Shown piece by piece: positions 51,800-64,000 of a stretch of DNA of 64,000 bases. The DNA is from Octopus vulgaris (taxonomy: Eukaryota). The translations under genes and the position numbers were made by a program. Positions within the stretch are counted from its first letter, which is position 1; every line of letters starts with the position of its first letter. The DNA is taken from the NCBI GenBank assembly GCA_951406725.2, contig OX597838.1:40424001-40488000 (forward strand), in the 5' to 3' direction. The notes beneath the pieces are model-generated. The model did no database searches and was not told the DNA's origin. It saw only the letters and a program-made list of their open reading frames with translations.

Positions 51800-54345
51800 G
51801 TTATTGACAACATGAATGGCAATGGTCAGAGACTACTTGAATTTTGCACGTACCATAACCCGTGCATCACCAACACATTCTTTGCCAACAATACATCCCA
51901 CAAGGCATCTTGGAGACATCCAAGATCTCACCACTTGCATCAGCGGGATCTCATCATTACACGAAGATTCTTTCTGAATTCTGTTCAACTGACCTGTAGT
52001 TACCACAACGCGGATTGTGACACAGATAATTCACTAATAAAAAGCAGGGTGCGGATTCTGCCTAAAAAAGTCCATCACTCCAAGAAAATGGGCCGACCAC
52101 GCATTAACACTGCCCTCAGTAGCTGCCCAACCTCCTCTGCTGAAAGTAGGTGGAATTATATCAGGGAAGCTTTGTATACAACATCAATAGATACTTTCGT
52201 TATGAGAAAAAGGCAAAACCTAGATTGGTTCACTGTTGGGGTCTCAGAGATGGAAACATTTATCGAAGCAAAGCATGCAGCACTGATGCAATACAAGAGC
52301 GATTCTTCTACAAATTCACTCGAAGAACTCAGAAAGGCAAGAAATAAAACCCAACTGACTGCCAGACGCCGTGCAAATAGGTATTGGCAGGAAATCTGTC
52401 AGAGTATCCAGTCAGCTGCTGACAGTGGCGACACCCGTGGGTTGTATGCCGGTTTGAAGAAGGCCCTCGTTCCATCCGCAACCAAGTCAGCCCCTCTGAA
52501 ATCAACTACTGGTGATCTCATCAAGGACCAAAGCAAGCAAATGGATAGATGGGTGGAGTACTACCAGGATCTCTACTCACGGGAGACCACGGTAGCTGAG
52601 GCTGCAATCAAGGGTATCAAGATCTTGCCAGTCATGTGTAAACTTGACAGTCTGCCATCTATAGCAGAGCTCACCAAGACTATTGCTCACTAGCAAGTAA
52701 CAAGGGTCCGGGAAAAGACGGCATCCTCTTAGAGATCATCAAAACCGGCAAAACCACCACCCTGCTTCGGTACCTTCGTGAGCTTCTGTGTCAGTGCTGG
52801 GCAGAGGGTACAGTCCCTCAGGATAAGCGGGATGCTAACTTCATTACGCTTTACAAAAAGAAAGGTGACTGTGATTATTGTAACAATTACCGTGGAATAT
52901 CTCTTCTAAGCACTGTTGGAAAGACCTTTGCTCGCGTTATCCTGTCCAGGCTACAACTGCTTACTTCTCGAATTTATCCAGAATCGCAGTGTAGCTTTAG
53001 AAGAAGCAGATCAGCTATTGACATGATATGTTCCATACGCCAACTTCAGGAGAAGTCCAGAGAGCGGAATATGCCATTATATATGACCTTCATTGATCTG
53101 ACAAAGGCCTTTGACTTGGTAAGTAGAAAAGGCCTCTTCATCCTGCTCCAAAACATTGGATTCCACCAAAGCTGCTGAGGATCATCAAATCTTTCCATGA
53201 TGATATGCAAGGCATCATACAGCACAATGGTTCAACATCAGCCACCTTCCAAATAAAAAACGATGTAAAGCAAGAGTGTGTCCTTGCTCCTACATTATTT
53301 GGCATCTTCTCGCTACTGCTGTCACATGCCTTTGAGACATCAGATGATGGAGTGTTTCTGCACAGTAGAAGTGACGGGAAACTGTTCAATGTCTCGCGTC
53401 TGCCTACCAAGACCAAAATCAGAAGCGACCTGATCAAGGAGATGCTATTTGCTGATGATGCCGCCCTGGTATCACACACAGAAGAAGCCCTATAAAGGCT
53501 CATCAACTGTTTTGAGCATGCATGTAGCGACTTTGGCTTAGTTATTAGCATCAAGAAGACCAACATCATGGGTCAGGCTACATCGGACATCCCAAACATA
53601 CATATTAGAAACCACAGACTACAGGAGGTGGAGAAGTTTACCTATCTTGGCTCTACCGTCACCTACAACCTATCCCTTGATGCTGAGCTCAATATACGCA
53701 TTGACAAGGAAGCTGCTGGGATGGCCTAACTCTCCAAACGGGCATGGGACAACAATAGCTGACCAAGACCACAAAAATGAAGATTTACCAGGCATGTGTA
53801 CTTAGCACTCTACTGTATGGAAATGAGACTTGGACGCCATACACACGCCAAGAGCGTCGCCTAAATATCTTTCACCTGCGCTGCCTCCGGAAAATACTTC
53901 GCATCAAATGGCAGAATCATGTCCCCAACAAAGATGTCCTCAAGCAAGCAGGAATACCAAGCATTTTTGCACTCCTCACACAAAGATATATGAGATGGCT
54001 TGGACATGTTAGCCGTATGGAAGATGGCAGAATCCCTAAGGACATACTCTACGGAGAGCTTGCTAGGAGAACTAGGTCTGTGGGAAAACCGTTCTTACGA
54101 TACAAGGATGTTTGCAAAAGGGACATGAATCCATGCAACATCAATATTACCAACTGGGAAGCAGTTGCCAGCAACTGTGGAGATTGGCTACGTACCATAA
54201 AAGAGGGAACACAAAGGAGTGACAGAGAGAGAGAGAGGAGAAATGGAAAGACAAGAAAAGACGTCAACAAGAAACTATGACATTACAACCAGCCAGGCAA
54301 AGTCTTCGCTACATTTGCGGCACATGCCAGAATGTTTGTCCAGGA
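51800..54345 (+). pseudogene. RTE-clade LINE (APE C-terminus, RT, C-terminal Cys motif), disrupted
   Basis: NGQRLLEFC..ITNTFF..SWRHPRS, NYRGISLLS, FIDLTKAFD, VKQECVLAPTLF, FADDAAL, FTYLGS, LLYGNETW, RWLGHVSRM; several stops and frameshifts. Confidence 0.95.
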
Positions 54346-54409
54346 TATTTGGGAATATATATGACAACAAAGAGAAAGAGAAAATGGAATTTACGAGATA
54401 CTTTATTGC

Positions 54410-54496
54410 TCATAACGATCGTTTCGACCCATCTTGTATTGGTCTGTCGCTAGTGAGCTGCTCTATCCTTCGGTGCAGAAGTGTCTCATCAGGTGA
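54410..54496 (-). ncRNA. Hammerhead with long stem II following a GIY-YIG-like remnant (54500-54660, -)
   Basis: UCAC-CUGAUGA-GAC[54 nt]GUC-GAAA-CGAUCG-UU|AUGA; upstream FVITCT...ETEFIKR. Confidence 0.7.
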
Positions 54497-54687
54497 CTTT
54501 TCAAAAGGTCCTTCGCTTAATAAACTCGGTTTCACTTGTTTCCATTATAATAAATTCCGTTATATTGCCAGTGGTATACAGGGTTCCGTGGTTTGGAATG
54601 ACATCAAATGTATACAGTTCATATCATATATTATGGACCTACGTACAGGTAATCACAAATAAAACACGCAGTAAATAAGAAAAAAAA

Positions 54688-54890
54688 AACATTTGCTCGA
54701 TGATATTTAAGCGAGGTCTCTGAACTGGCCCGTCTTTAAATAACGGTAACACTTTCATCAGCCAGACTCTGTGGTGTTGCACGCAATCTATGATATGCAG
54801 CTCCTTCCTGCTGAACAATTTCACTTTCATCCAAGTCTGGTATCAAATTGTCCTTCAGCAACCGGATGTATTTGGTACTATTCAAGTTAC
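54688..54890 (-). pseudogene. Tc1-like transposase fragment
   Basis: Close match to 58032-58230. Confidence 0.8.
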
Positions 54891-55608
54891 CGTCAAGAAA
54901 AATATTATTTTGATAAGTATAAAATGAGTCGGTATTATTCTTGCATTGATAAATCTATATCATTAAATAAAGTCATAAAAGGATAAGATGATCGCATAGG
55001 AGACGAACAGACAAAGTACAACGGCACACGTGAGCGGTTAATTAGAATTTTGTGGACATGTGCGAAACCACTTTCGCCCCGCTCACTTTTATACGCATCT
55101 TATACCCAAGTGTAGAATAATATGCGCATATGTGTGTGTGTGTGTGTGTGTGTATGTGTGTGTGTGTTAACCACTTAAATCATAATTAAGTATGACTCAG
55201 TAAGTTGCAACAACTTTGTTCATTGTTTAAGGTGTCCTTGTAGCAGCAAATAGAGACAGCCAGTCTTTCTATCATCCCAGATTTAACCCAACAAACTATA
55301 CGGGATATAACAACGGACGACGGCTATATCGACTCTGATTTGATCCTCTTTCCATTGCACCCGAAAGATAACCAAAAAGAACAAGAAAAATCAAAAGAGT
55401 TATCGGCCGGATTTGAACTCAGAACGAAGAAAGTGGAACAGCGCAGACACTATCACTCATTCTATACTCTGACAATCGATATTCTACACACACACATACA
55501 CACATATTTATACGCACAGACACATACATACATACGCGCATACGCATACATATGCATATACACAAACACATACGCGTACAATTTTAAATAATGTGTGTGT
55601 TTATGTGA

Positions 55609-55683
<75 letters not shown>

Positions 55684-55722
55684 TATGTGGTTATGTGTGT
55701 ACACACACTCACATATATATAA

Positions 55723-55948
55723 GGCGGTGAGCTGGCAGAAACGTTAGCACGCCGGGCGAAATGCGTGGCCGTAATTCGTCTGCCGTTACGTTCTGAGTTC
55801 AAATTACGCCGAGGTCGACTTTGCCTTTCATCCTTTCGGGGTCGATAAATTAAGTACCAGTTGCGCACTGGGGTCGATGTAATCGACTTAATTCCTTTGT
55901 CTGTCCTTGTTTGTCCTCTCTGTGTTTAGCACCTTGTGGGTAGTAAAG

Positions 55949-55949
<1 letters not shown>
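55723..55949 (+). mobile_element. tRNA-derived SINE family C (Meta-domain-like GCCTTTCATCCTTTCGGGGTCGATAAA)
   Basis: A/B boxes; diverged relatives near 10340, 21255, 25730, 29050, 34120, 37085, 42397, 47050, 55330. Confidence 0.85.
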
Positions 55950-55989
<40 letters not shown>

Positions 55990-56021
55990 AGTGTGTGTGT
56001 GGTTATGTGTGTACACACACT

Positions 56022-56107
<86 letters not shown>

Positions 56108-57162
56108 TGTGTGGTGGTGAAGAACGTAAGCATCAGCGTAAAAAACCGTAAACACTGAGCATCTTTTCGAACGAAGTCCCAAATTAAGATATAAAGTAAT
56201 AATCTTGAACATACTCTTTCCTCTAAATTATACTCTTTCCTCTAGATTCCAACTGTTGAAAAGAAATGAATATATTTATATTAATACCAACACACGAAAT
56301 ATTCCCATTACTCATTTAATTACAGTGTATTTTTCTTTTTTCTAAATGAATTTAAAGAGCTGAAATATTTACTTAAGCTGAAATAATTTCCGTCAAGTTT
56401 GCAGAAACAGGGACTCAGTTTATATGTCCGCCGTTTCAACCATAATACGTAATTTCATTTACGTAATCAGTCTAAATGCTGTGTGCTATTCGAATATTCA
56501 AGCGCATTCCTACCCTATTAATTCACGCCTCTTGTTTATATAGTATTCGAGACATCGAAAAATATTACATATATTTCATAACCTTTTATACAGTTGCTGT
56601 ACAATTATATTTTTACATATACAGTTTTTTTCATGGAAACCAACTGTGTGATCATAGATCATTCGAATTACATTGGAACAACGCGACAGTTGTCGTTTGA
56701 TGTTAAACTATATTGGCGAGTTATAACAATACATCGATATACTGTAAGTTGTTTCGATGTCTTTAATATCAAATGTATGATGAATAATTTCACAGCTTTA
56801 CTCCCCACAACATTCTAGCAAAGCTTTGCCAACGTATTGCCTTCTATATTTCTTCGAGAAATACTTCTACATAATTCATATTATACAAAAAGGCCTGTCA
56901 TATTCAGGCTTATGTAAATATTCCTATAGACGCGTCAGAATTTAGTTTTCATTTGTTATAAGAAACTCTGGACTTATTCATGGCTTCAGCAGCTTGAAAT
57001 AGACAGATACATGCAAGTGTGCTCGCACACACACGCACGCGCGCGCATGCACGCACACACGCACATATTTATATATAACACAGGCACACACACACATACA
57101 GAGCAGTGTTTAGTTTTAAGCGAACTTTAGGCTAGTTAAAATATGTTTGTGACATTAATATA

Positions 57163-57554
57163 TCTTTATATATAAAAGTGAAGTTGTGTGTCTGTCTCCT
57201 ACGATTTAGATTCCTAACTACTCCCACATTTTGCGGTACAGTTTAACCAAAAGCGGGTATCTTATAGTCGTGATTCATATCGAGCCCTTCTGGGTATTAG
57301 CGTGCGTCTACGATGAGTCTACGATTTAAAAAAAAATTTACCATCAATTTTTCCCATTTTTAATGCATTTTTGGCATATATAAGGGAAGTAACTCTCTAA
57401 AAATTTATTATTAAATCTCAGAACGTAAAAAGCTACAGTAACACCCCCCTTTGTGGTTAGCCATATTGAGATGGCTATTATACATTACATCTCTAAAAAT
57501 GCTTATATAGTTATTTCCCTTACAAACCCGAGCAACGCCGGGCGATACTGCTAG
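57163..57554 (+). mobile_element. Non-autonomous Helitron, both termini intact
   Basis: A|TC...CCCGAGCAACGCCGGG hairpin 8 nt before CTAG|T; second copy at 40549; internal piece at ~62980-63040. Confidence 0.88.
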
Positions 57555-57856
57555 TATATATATATATTAAACTATTGTAAATTTCTAACAACTGCCAATT
57601 TATAAGTGGATGTAACGCATTGCATTTTTTACAGATAAAACGTTGGGCCTGTTGGGGTCATTTCCATGCCTAATCATTATATTTTGTAGTGGGGTTACTG
57701 AATGACAGAAGATGCGAGACGACCACCAAAGATGGCCTTACAAAAGATTTGGGCCACCTCACATAAACCAATCAAGATACAGTGTTTTAAAACAGAAAAA
57801 TGTCTATAATGAACATTCATTGCATAATGACCATTTCAAGAAATTACTGTACCTTG

Positions 57857-58235
57857 TTAATATTTCGTGTGGCTTCCCTTAGCTTGAATAATTGTTTCAA
57901 TGCGCATGGAAAGAGATGCGTGCAAATCCTTCACCGTTTTCACAGGTGTGTGATGCCATTCTCCGTGGCTGAGCTCCCACAACTGAAGATTGCGTGGATT
58001 CTTCTGACGGACTCTTCTTTTTACTCCTGTCCACATTTGCTCGATGATATTTAAACGAGGGCTCTGAGCTGGCCAGTCTTTAAATAACGGTAAGACCTTC
58101 ATCAGCCAGACTCTGTGGTGTTGCACGCAATCTGTGGCATGGAGCTCTACCATGCTGAACAATTCCACCTTCATCCAAGTCTGGTATCAAATTGTCCTTC
58201 AGCAACCGGATGTATTTGACACTATTCAATTTAAA
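57857..58235 (-). pseudogene. Tc1 (DD34E) transposase C-terminal remnant
   Basis: YIRLLKDNL..VQHGRAPCH..WPAQSPRLNIIEQMW..IIQAKGSHTKY*. Confidence 0.88.
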
Positions 58236-58394
58236 GTCAATTGTAACCAACTTTCTTGAACAATTACTTTTTATGAGTCCCTAAAGCATCAGACCCTTAA
58301 CCCCAAACTTCACTGCTTTCGTCGTATAACGTGGGTAGTTTCGCTTTCTAATAAGCGAGAATTTGTCAGAAGGCTTCCAGGAAAGTAAAACTAA

Positions 58395-58540
58395 CTTTTA
58401 ACGTCCTAGCTCACTTCTGCTGTTTACGGCAATGCTTGGAAGGAAAGGGTGTAGCGTGTGATCGTCGCATTGACCATAACAGAGATATCTATAGCTTGGT
58501 GATATCTGCTCAGAGGCCCACGCATAGTTTTCAAAAAGTT
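58395..58540 (+). mobile_element. Fragment of the same mariner family as 3570-4629
   Basis: TGCTTGGAAGGAA..GTGTAG.GTGTGATCGTCGCATTGACCAT matches 3720-3765. Confidence 0.8.
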
Positions 58541-58735
58541 TTCATCGTTTTCGACTGCCTGTTTATGCTAGTGTTCCGTTCTGCATACACCAGCAGGACC
58601 AATACATTTCTCTAGCCAATCTTTATTTAGGAAACCTCACTTCCACGCACTTGAGGCTGGAGTTTAAGCACTGATCCGCCTTGAACACTCATTGTAGCTG
58701 CCAATTATTTTATGTTATATGACAACTAATTGCCC

Positions 58736-58792
<57 letters not shown>

Positions 58793-59016
58793 TAATGCAT
58801 TGTATTGTATTTTCGTTATATTTTTACTTTGTAATTTGATTTAAACGATTAGTTTTGTCTGCAAATTGCTGAAAATGGCACAGTACATTGAGTATTCATT
58901 CTTGTACAGAGTAAAGTGACTTGATGACCTAATGAAAAACTTATTTTAAAGAATCATGTTAAGAAACGCATTTGACACTTTTATGGACGATAGCGATTAC
59001 GCAATGTGTTAACCAT

Positions 59017-59051
59017 GCATACATACATACATACATACATACAAACATACA

Positions 59052-59085
<34 letters not shown>

Positions 59086-59219
59086 CATACATACATACAT
59101 ACATACATACATACATACATACATACATACATACATACATACATACATACATACATACATACATACATACATACATACATACATACATACATACATACAT
59201 ACATACATACATACATACA

Positions 59220-59251
<32 letters not shown>

Positions 59252-59533
59252 CATACATACATACATACATACATACATACATACATACATACATACATAC
59301 ATACATGCATACATACATACATACATACATACATACATACATACATGCATACATACATACATACATACATGCATACATGCATACATACATACATACATAC
59401 ATACATACATACATGCATACATGCATACATACATACATACATACATACATACATACATACATACATACATACATACATACATACATACATACATACATAC
59501 ATACATACATACATACATACATACATACATACA

Positions 59534-59567
<34 letters not shown>

Positions 59568-59664
59568 CATACATACATACATACATACATACATCATACA
59601 TACATACATACATACATATATACATACATACATACATACATATAAACATACATACATACATACA

Positions 59665-59696
<32 letters not shown>

Positions 59697-59700
59697 AACA

Positions 59701-59734
<34 letters not shown>

Positions 59735-59824
59735 CATACATACATACATACATACATACATACATACATACATACATACATACATACATACATACATACA
59801 TACATACATACATACATACATACA

Positions 59825-59858
<34 letters not shown>

Positions 59859-59876
59859 CATACATACATACATACA

Positions 59877-59908
<32 letters not shown>

Positions 59909-60060
59909 AACATACATACATACATACATACATGCATACATGCATACATACATACATACATACATACATACATGCATACATGCATACATACATACATACA
60001 TACATGCATACATGCATACATACATACATACATACATACATACATACATGCATACATGCA

Positions 60061-60092
<32 letters not shown>

Positions 60093-60104
60093 AACATACA
60101 TACA

Positions 60105-60138
<34 letters not shown>

Positions 60139-60390
60139 CATACATATATACATACATACATACATACATACATACATCATACATACATACATACATATAT
60201 ACATACCTACATACATACATACATCATACATACATACATACATACATATATACATACATACATACATACATATAAACATACATACATACATACATACATA
60301 CATACATACATACATACATACATACATACATACATACATACATACATACATACATACATACATACATACATACATACATACATACATACA
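59017..60390. repeat. ~1.37-kb (TACA)n array with variant units
   Basis: Direct reading. Confidence 0.98.
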
Positions 60391-60903
60391 TCCTCTCATA
60401 TAAGATTAAACGGGAAAAGCTTGGATGTAAACATCCCTTTTAAGAAGAATCTATATCTTCACAATAACGTGTGTGTGTGTGTGTGTGTGTGTGTCCGTGT
60501 TTGCGTGTGTGTGTAGACAAAGTGTAAGTTACGTTTGGTTCACATAATTCTGTCAGTAGTATGGAAAACAATATCCAAGTGTCTTTTATTATGAAGATTT
60601 TGCCGGGTAAATGAGATTTGCAAAGCCAAAACCTTCACAACACATCATTGAAGTGTTTGATTCATTGTTGTTAATGAGCTATTAACACAATACTTTCATA
60701 AAATCTTGTGAAAATCTCATTTTCCACATCATAGTTATGCAAACCGGGGGAATTTAGCAAAGCAGCCATAGAGTGACATTTGTTTCCTGATGACAAAGAT
60801 AACCTGCATACCGATTGTGGTGAATTCTTTATTTTCTGAACAAACATCTTTAAAGCAGAAAAATAATATACAAAAGTAATGCTTACACAGGCACACACAC
60901 ATG

Positions 60904-61003
<100 letters not shown>

Positions 61004-61962
61004 TGTGTGTCTGTGTGTGTGTGGGTGTATTCACGCACACATAGATAGATATAAGCATCGTTTACTACCAATGATACGCGTCGCATTCACCTCTCGACAG
61101 AAGAGAAGTTCCCCAAGCGGAAGGGATAGAAGAAAATAGTTCGTATGACACCAACGGAAATAAATTATTTGGTCAAAATTGGAAAATAGCGGCAAATGAG
61201 ATAAGGTGAGTATTGTGTAAATGGCGACTTTCAAATGGATGGTTTCATTTCCTAAAGTATGCATTCTCAAAACTCATCAAGAATAAGCATGACGTCAAAT
61301 AATTAATATTTGAAAAATGTTAATGATACTTTTCACCGATATGGAGAGCGAAAATTAAGGTCAGCAAGTGAGAAGATTTAAAGAAAGATACATTCCATAA
61401 ATCTAAATATATAACAATAAGGTTATTATAGTCATTTGTGCCGTGAAATCCTCACCAAAGTCTTTATCAAGTGTCACGCACTGGAAAGATAACCAGACTC
61501 ATAACAGAATTCCATGTTGTTGTAACATTCCGTATGGAAATCCATTTTAGAAATATAGCAGTATAATGTTCTTTGGAATAGAAAATGGGAAGAATAAAAA
61601 TAGTACCATTATTCACATTTATAGAAATCAGTGGCAATATATAAAGTAATCAATAAATATCTAAAAATGGAAATAAATGTATGTCATTGAAGAACACTTC
61701 AGAACACTTATCCTTTCACTATTTTCGAGTTGCCAATGAGATTCCACTGGGTCGATTAATATATAAACGTGAGGGTAAGACAGGTAGAGAATGCCACTGG
61801 AAGAGAATGGTTGTAAAACTTCCTCAGAAGAATAATTTCTCAAACCACCAATAACATCGTTGCAGAATAAACAGAGTTCAAATACTATGAATAGTGGTAC
61901 TAATAATTTTTAACATTGTTGTTGTTGTTATTATAATAATAATAATAATAATAGTAATAATA

Positions 61963-62037
<75 letters not shown>

Positions 62038-62299
62038 CCTGCTGTATCCTTATCAGACGGGTGGTCATGATGGGTATATTGGGTTTCGTATATGTTACTC
62101 AAGCGTCACTTTGATGGCCTGCACTGTTCTCTTAATAATAATAATGGCGATGATGATGATCATCATAATAATAATAATAATAATAATGATTTCATTTATT
62201 TTCCACAAGGGCTTAGGATGAGAGGAACAATACAAAGACAGACAAAAAGTGTGAGGGTTTACATATGATGAAATGATAAAAAACAAGAAAGAAAGAAAT

Positions 62300-62701
<402 letters not shown>

Positions 62702-62750
62702 CGTTTAAATATTTATTGGCTAAACTGGCAATATGACCATTCCGAAATAT

Positions 62751-62800
<50 letters not shown>

Positions 62801-62837
62801 TATATATATATATATATATATAACTATATACCACCCG

Positions 62838-62868
62838 TTGACGAGGGACAACAATCCCGAAACTAGTT
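62838..62868 (+). ncRNA. Degenerate minimal hammerhead
   Basis: UUGACGA-GGGA(CAACAA)UCCC-GAAA-CUAG-UU; stem I poor. Confidence 0.45.
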
Positions 62869-63123
62869 CCAGCGTATCACTCAGGCGTGCGAGGAAGTGA
62901 TGGCCTCCCTTTGCAAATACTCCAAGGACACTGATATTGTGTCTAAAGCCAGCTAGAGACGAAGATCTCTTGGGGCTATAAAGCTACAGTAACACCCCCT
63001 CCCCAATGTGGTTAGCCATGATAAGATGGCTTCTATACTTTATATATATATATAACTATATATATATAGCGCCTCCACGTATATATATAACTATATTTAT
63101 ATATATATATATATATATATATA

Positions 63124-63436
63124 CGTGGAGGCGCAATGACCCAGTGGTTAGGGCAGCGGACTCGCGGTCGTAGGATCGCGGTTTCGATTCCCAGACCGGG
63201 TGTTGTGAGTATTTATTGAGCGAAAACACCTAAAGCTCCACGAGGCTCCGGCAGGGTGTTGTGGCGATCCCTGCTGTACTCTTTCACCACAAATTTCTCT
63301 CACTCTTTCTTCTGTTGGCCTGCTCGCTTAACCAGCGAGGTGGCATCATTTGAAGGCTAAAACAATGCGAAGCTCATTGTGACCAGCGATGTGTAGCAAC
63401 ATCTGATAGCCTGGTCGTTCACTGTGATCACGGTGA
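63124..63436 (+). mobile_element. SINE family B2
   Basis: Matches 36626-36937. Confidence 0.9.
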
Positions 63437-63446
63437 TATATATATA

Positions 63447-63490
<44 letters not shown>

Positions 63491-63514
63491 TATTTACATA
63501 TATATATATATATC

Positions 63515-63577
<63 letters not shown>

Positions 63578-63639
63578 TAGCTGAAGGTGACCCGCTCTAC
63601 GCACGGGTAAGAGTGTGGTTGTTACTTTCTGTTGCTTCC

Positions 63640-63955
63640 TTTCAGCACGTAAAAAGTACCATCCGAACGTGGCGGATTGCAGCGCCGCCTTGACTGGCTT
63701 CTGTGCCAGTGACACGTAAAAAGCACCAACCGATCGTGGCCATTGCCAGCCCCCCTGGCACCTGTGCCGGCGGCACGAAAAATGCAACAACTACGCTCAC
63801 AGAGTGGTTGGCGTTAGGAAGGGTATCCACCTGTAGAAACACTGCCAGATCAGACTGGAGCCTGGTGCAGCCTCCTGGCTTCCCAGACCCTGGTCAAACT
63901 GTCCAACTCGTGCTAGCACGGAAAACGGACGTTAAACGATGATGATGATGATGAT
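63640..63955 (+). mobile_element. SINE family D 3' part with (GAT)n tail
   Basis: GTTGGCGTTAGGAAGGG..CTGTAGAAAC and GGACGTTAAACGATGATGATG, as in RTE-mobilised SINEs. Confidence 0.65.
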
Positions 63956-64000
63956 TCTCCCTCTTTGTTTCTCTCTTCTTTCTCTCTCACTTTCCCCACT

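Noticed and set aside
58959-60403. 400-470 aa ORFs (MYVC / HTYI repeats), likewise 3233-3692 and 43192-43922
   Set aside because: Stop-free translation of (TACA)n microsatellites; no coding signal

Overview
AT-rich, repeat-saturated eukaryotic DNA. The tRNA-derived SINE set, (TA)n/(CA)n/(TACA)n/(TAA)n microsatellites and LINE mix point to a coleoid cephalopod, most likely Octopus (inference). I see no intact host gene: nearly all listed ORFs are microsatellite read-throughs or transposon debris. Recognisable content: a mariner with intact TIRs, Tc1 and Merlin-like remnants, non-autonomous Helitrons, a ~2.5 kb decayed RTE LINE, many R4/Dong-type (RLE) LINE fragments with (TAA)n tails, CR1/L2- and Tx1-like 3' ends, Penelope-like GIY-YIG remnants and at least four SINE families. 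The main signal is non-coding. About a dozen type I hammerhead ribozyme motifs, from several unrelated-looking sequence families, lie mostly in short (~200-400 bp) cassettes embedded in (TA)n tracts. They are often duplicated as mirror-image inverted repeats, and several have unusually long stem II inserts. Two follow Penelope GIY-YIG remnants, which ties the set to Penelope pseudo-LTR / retrozyme-like elements. All folds were paired by eye; none was computed or tested.
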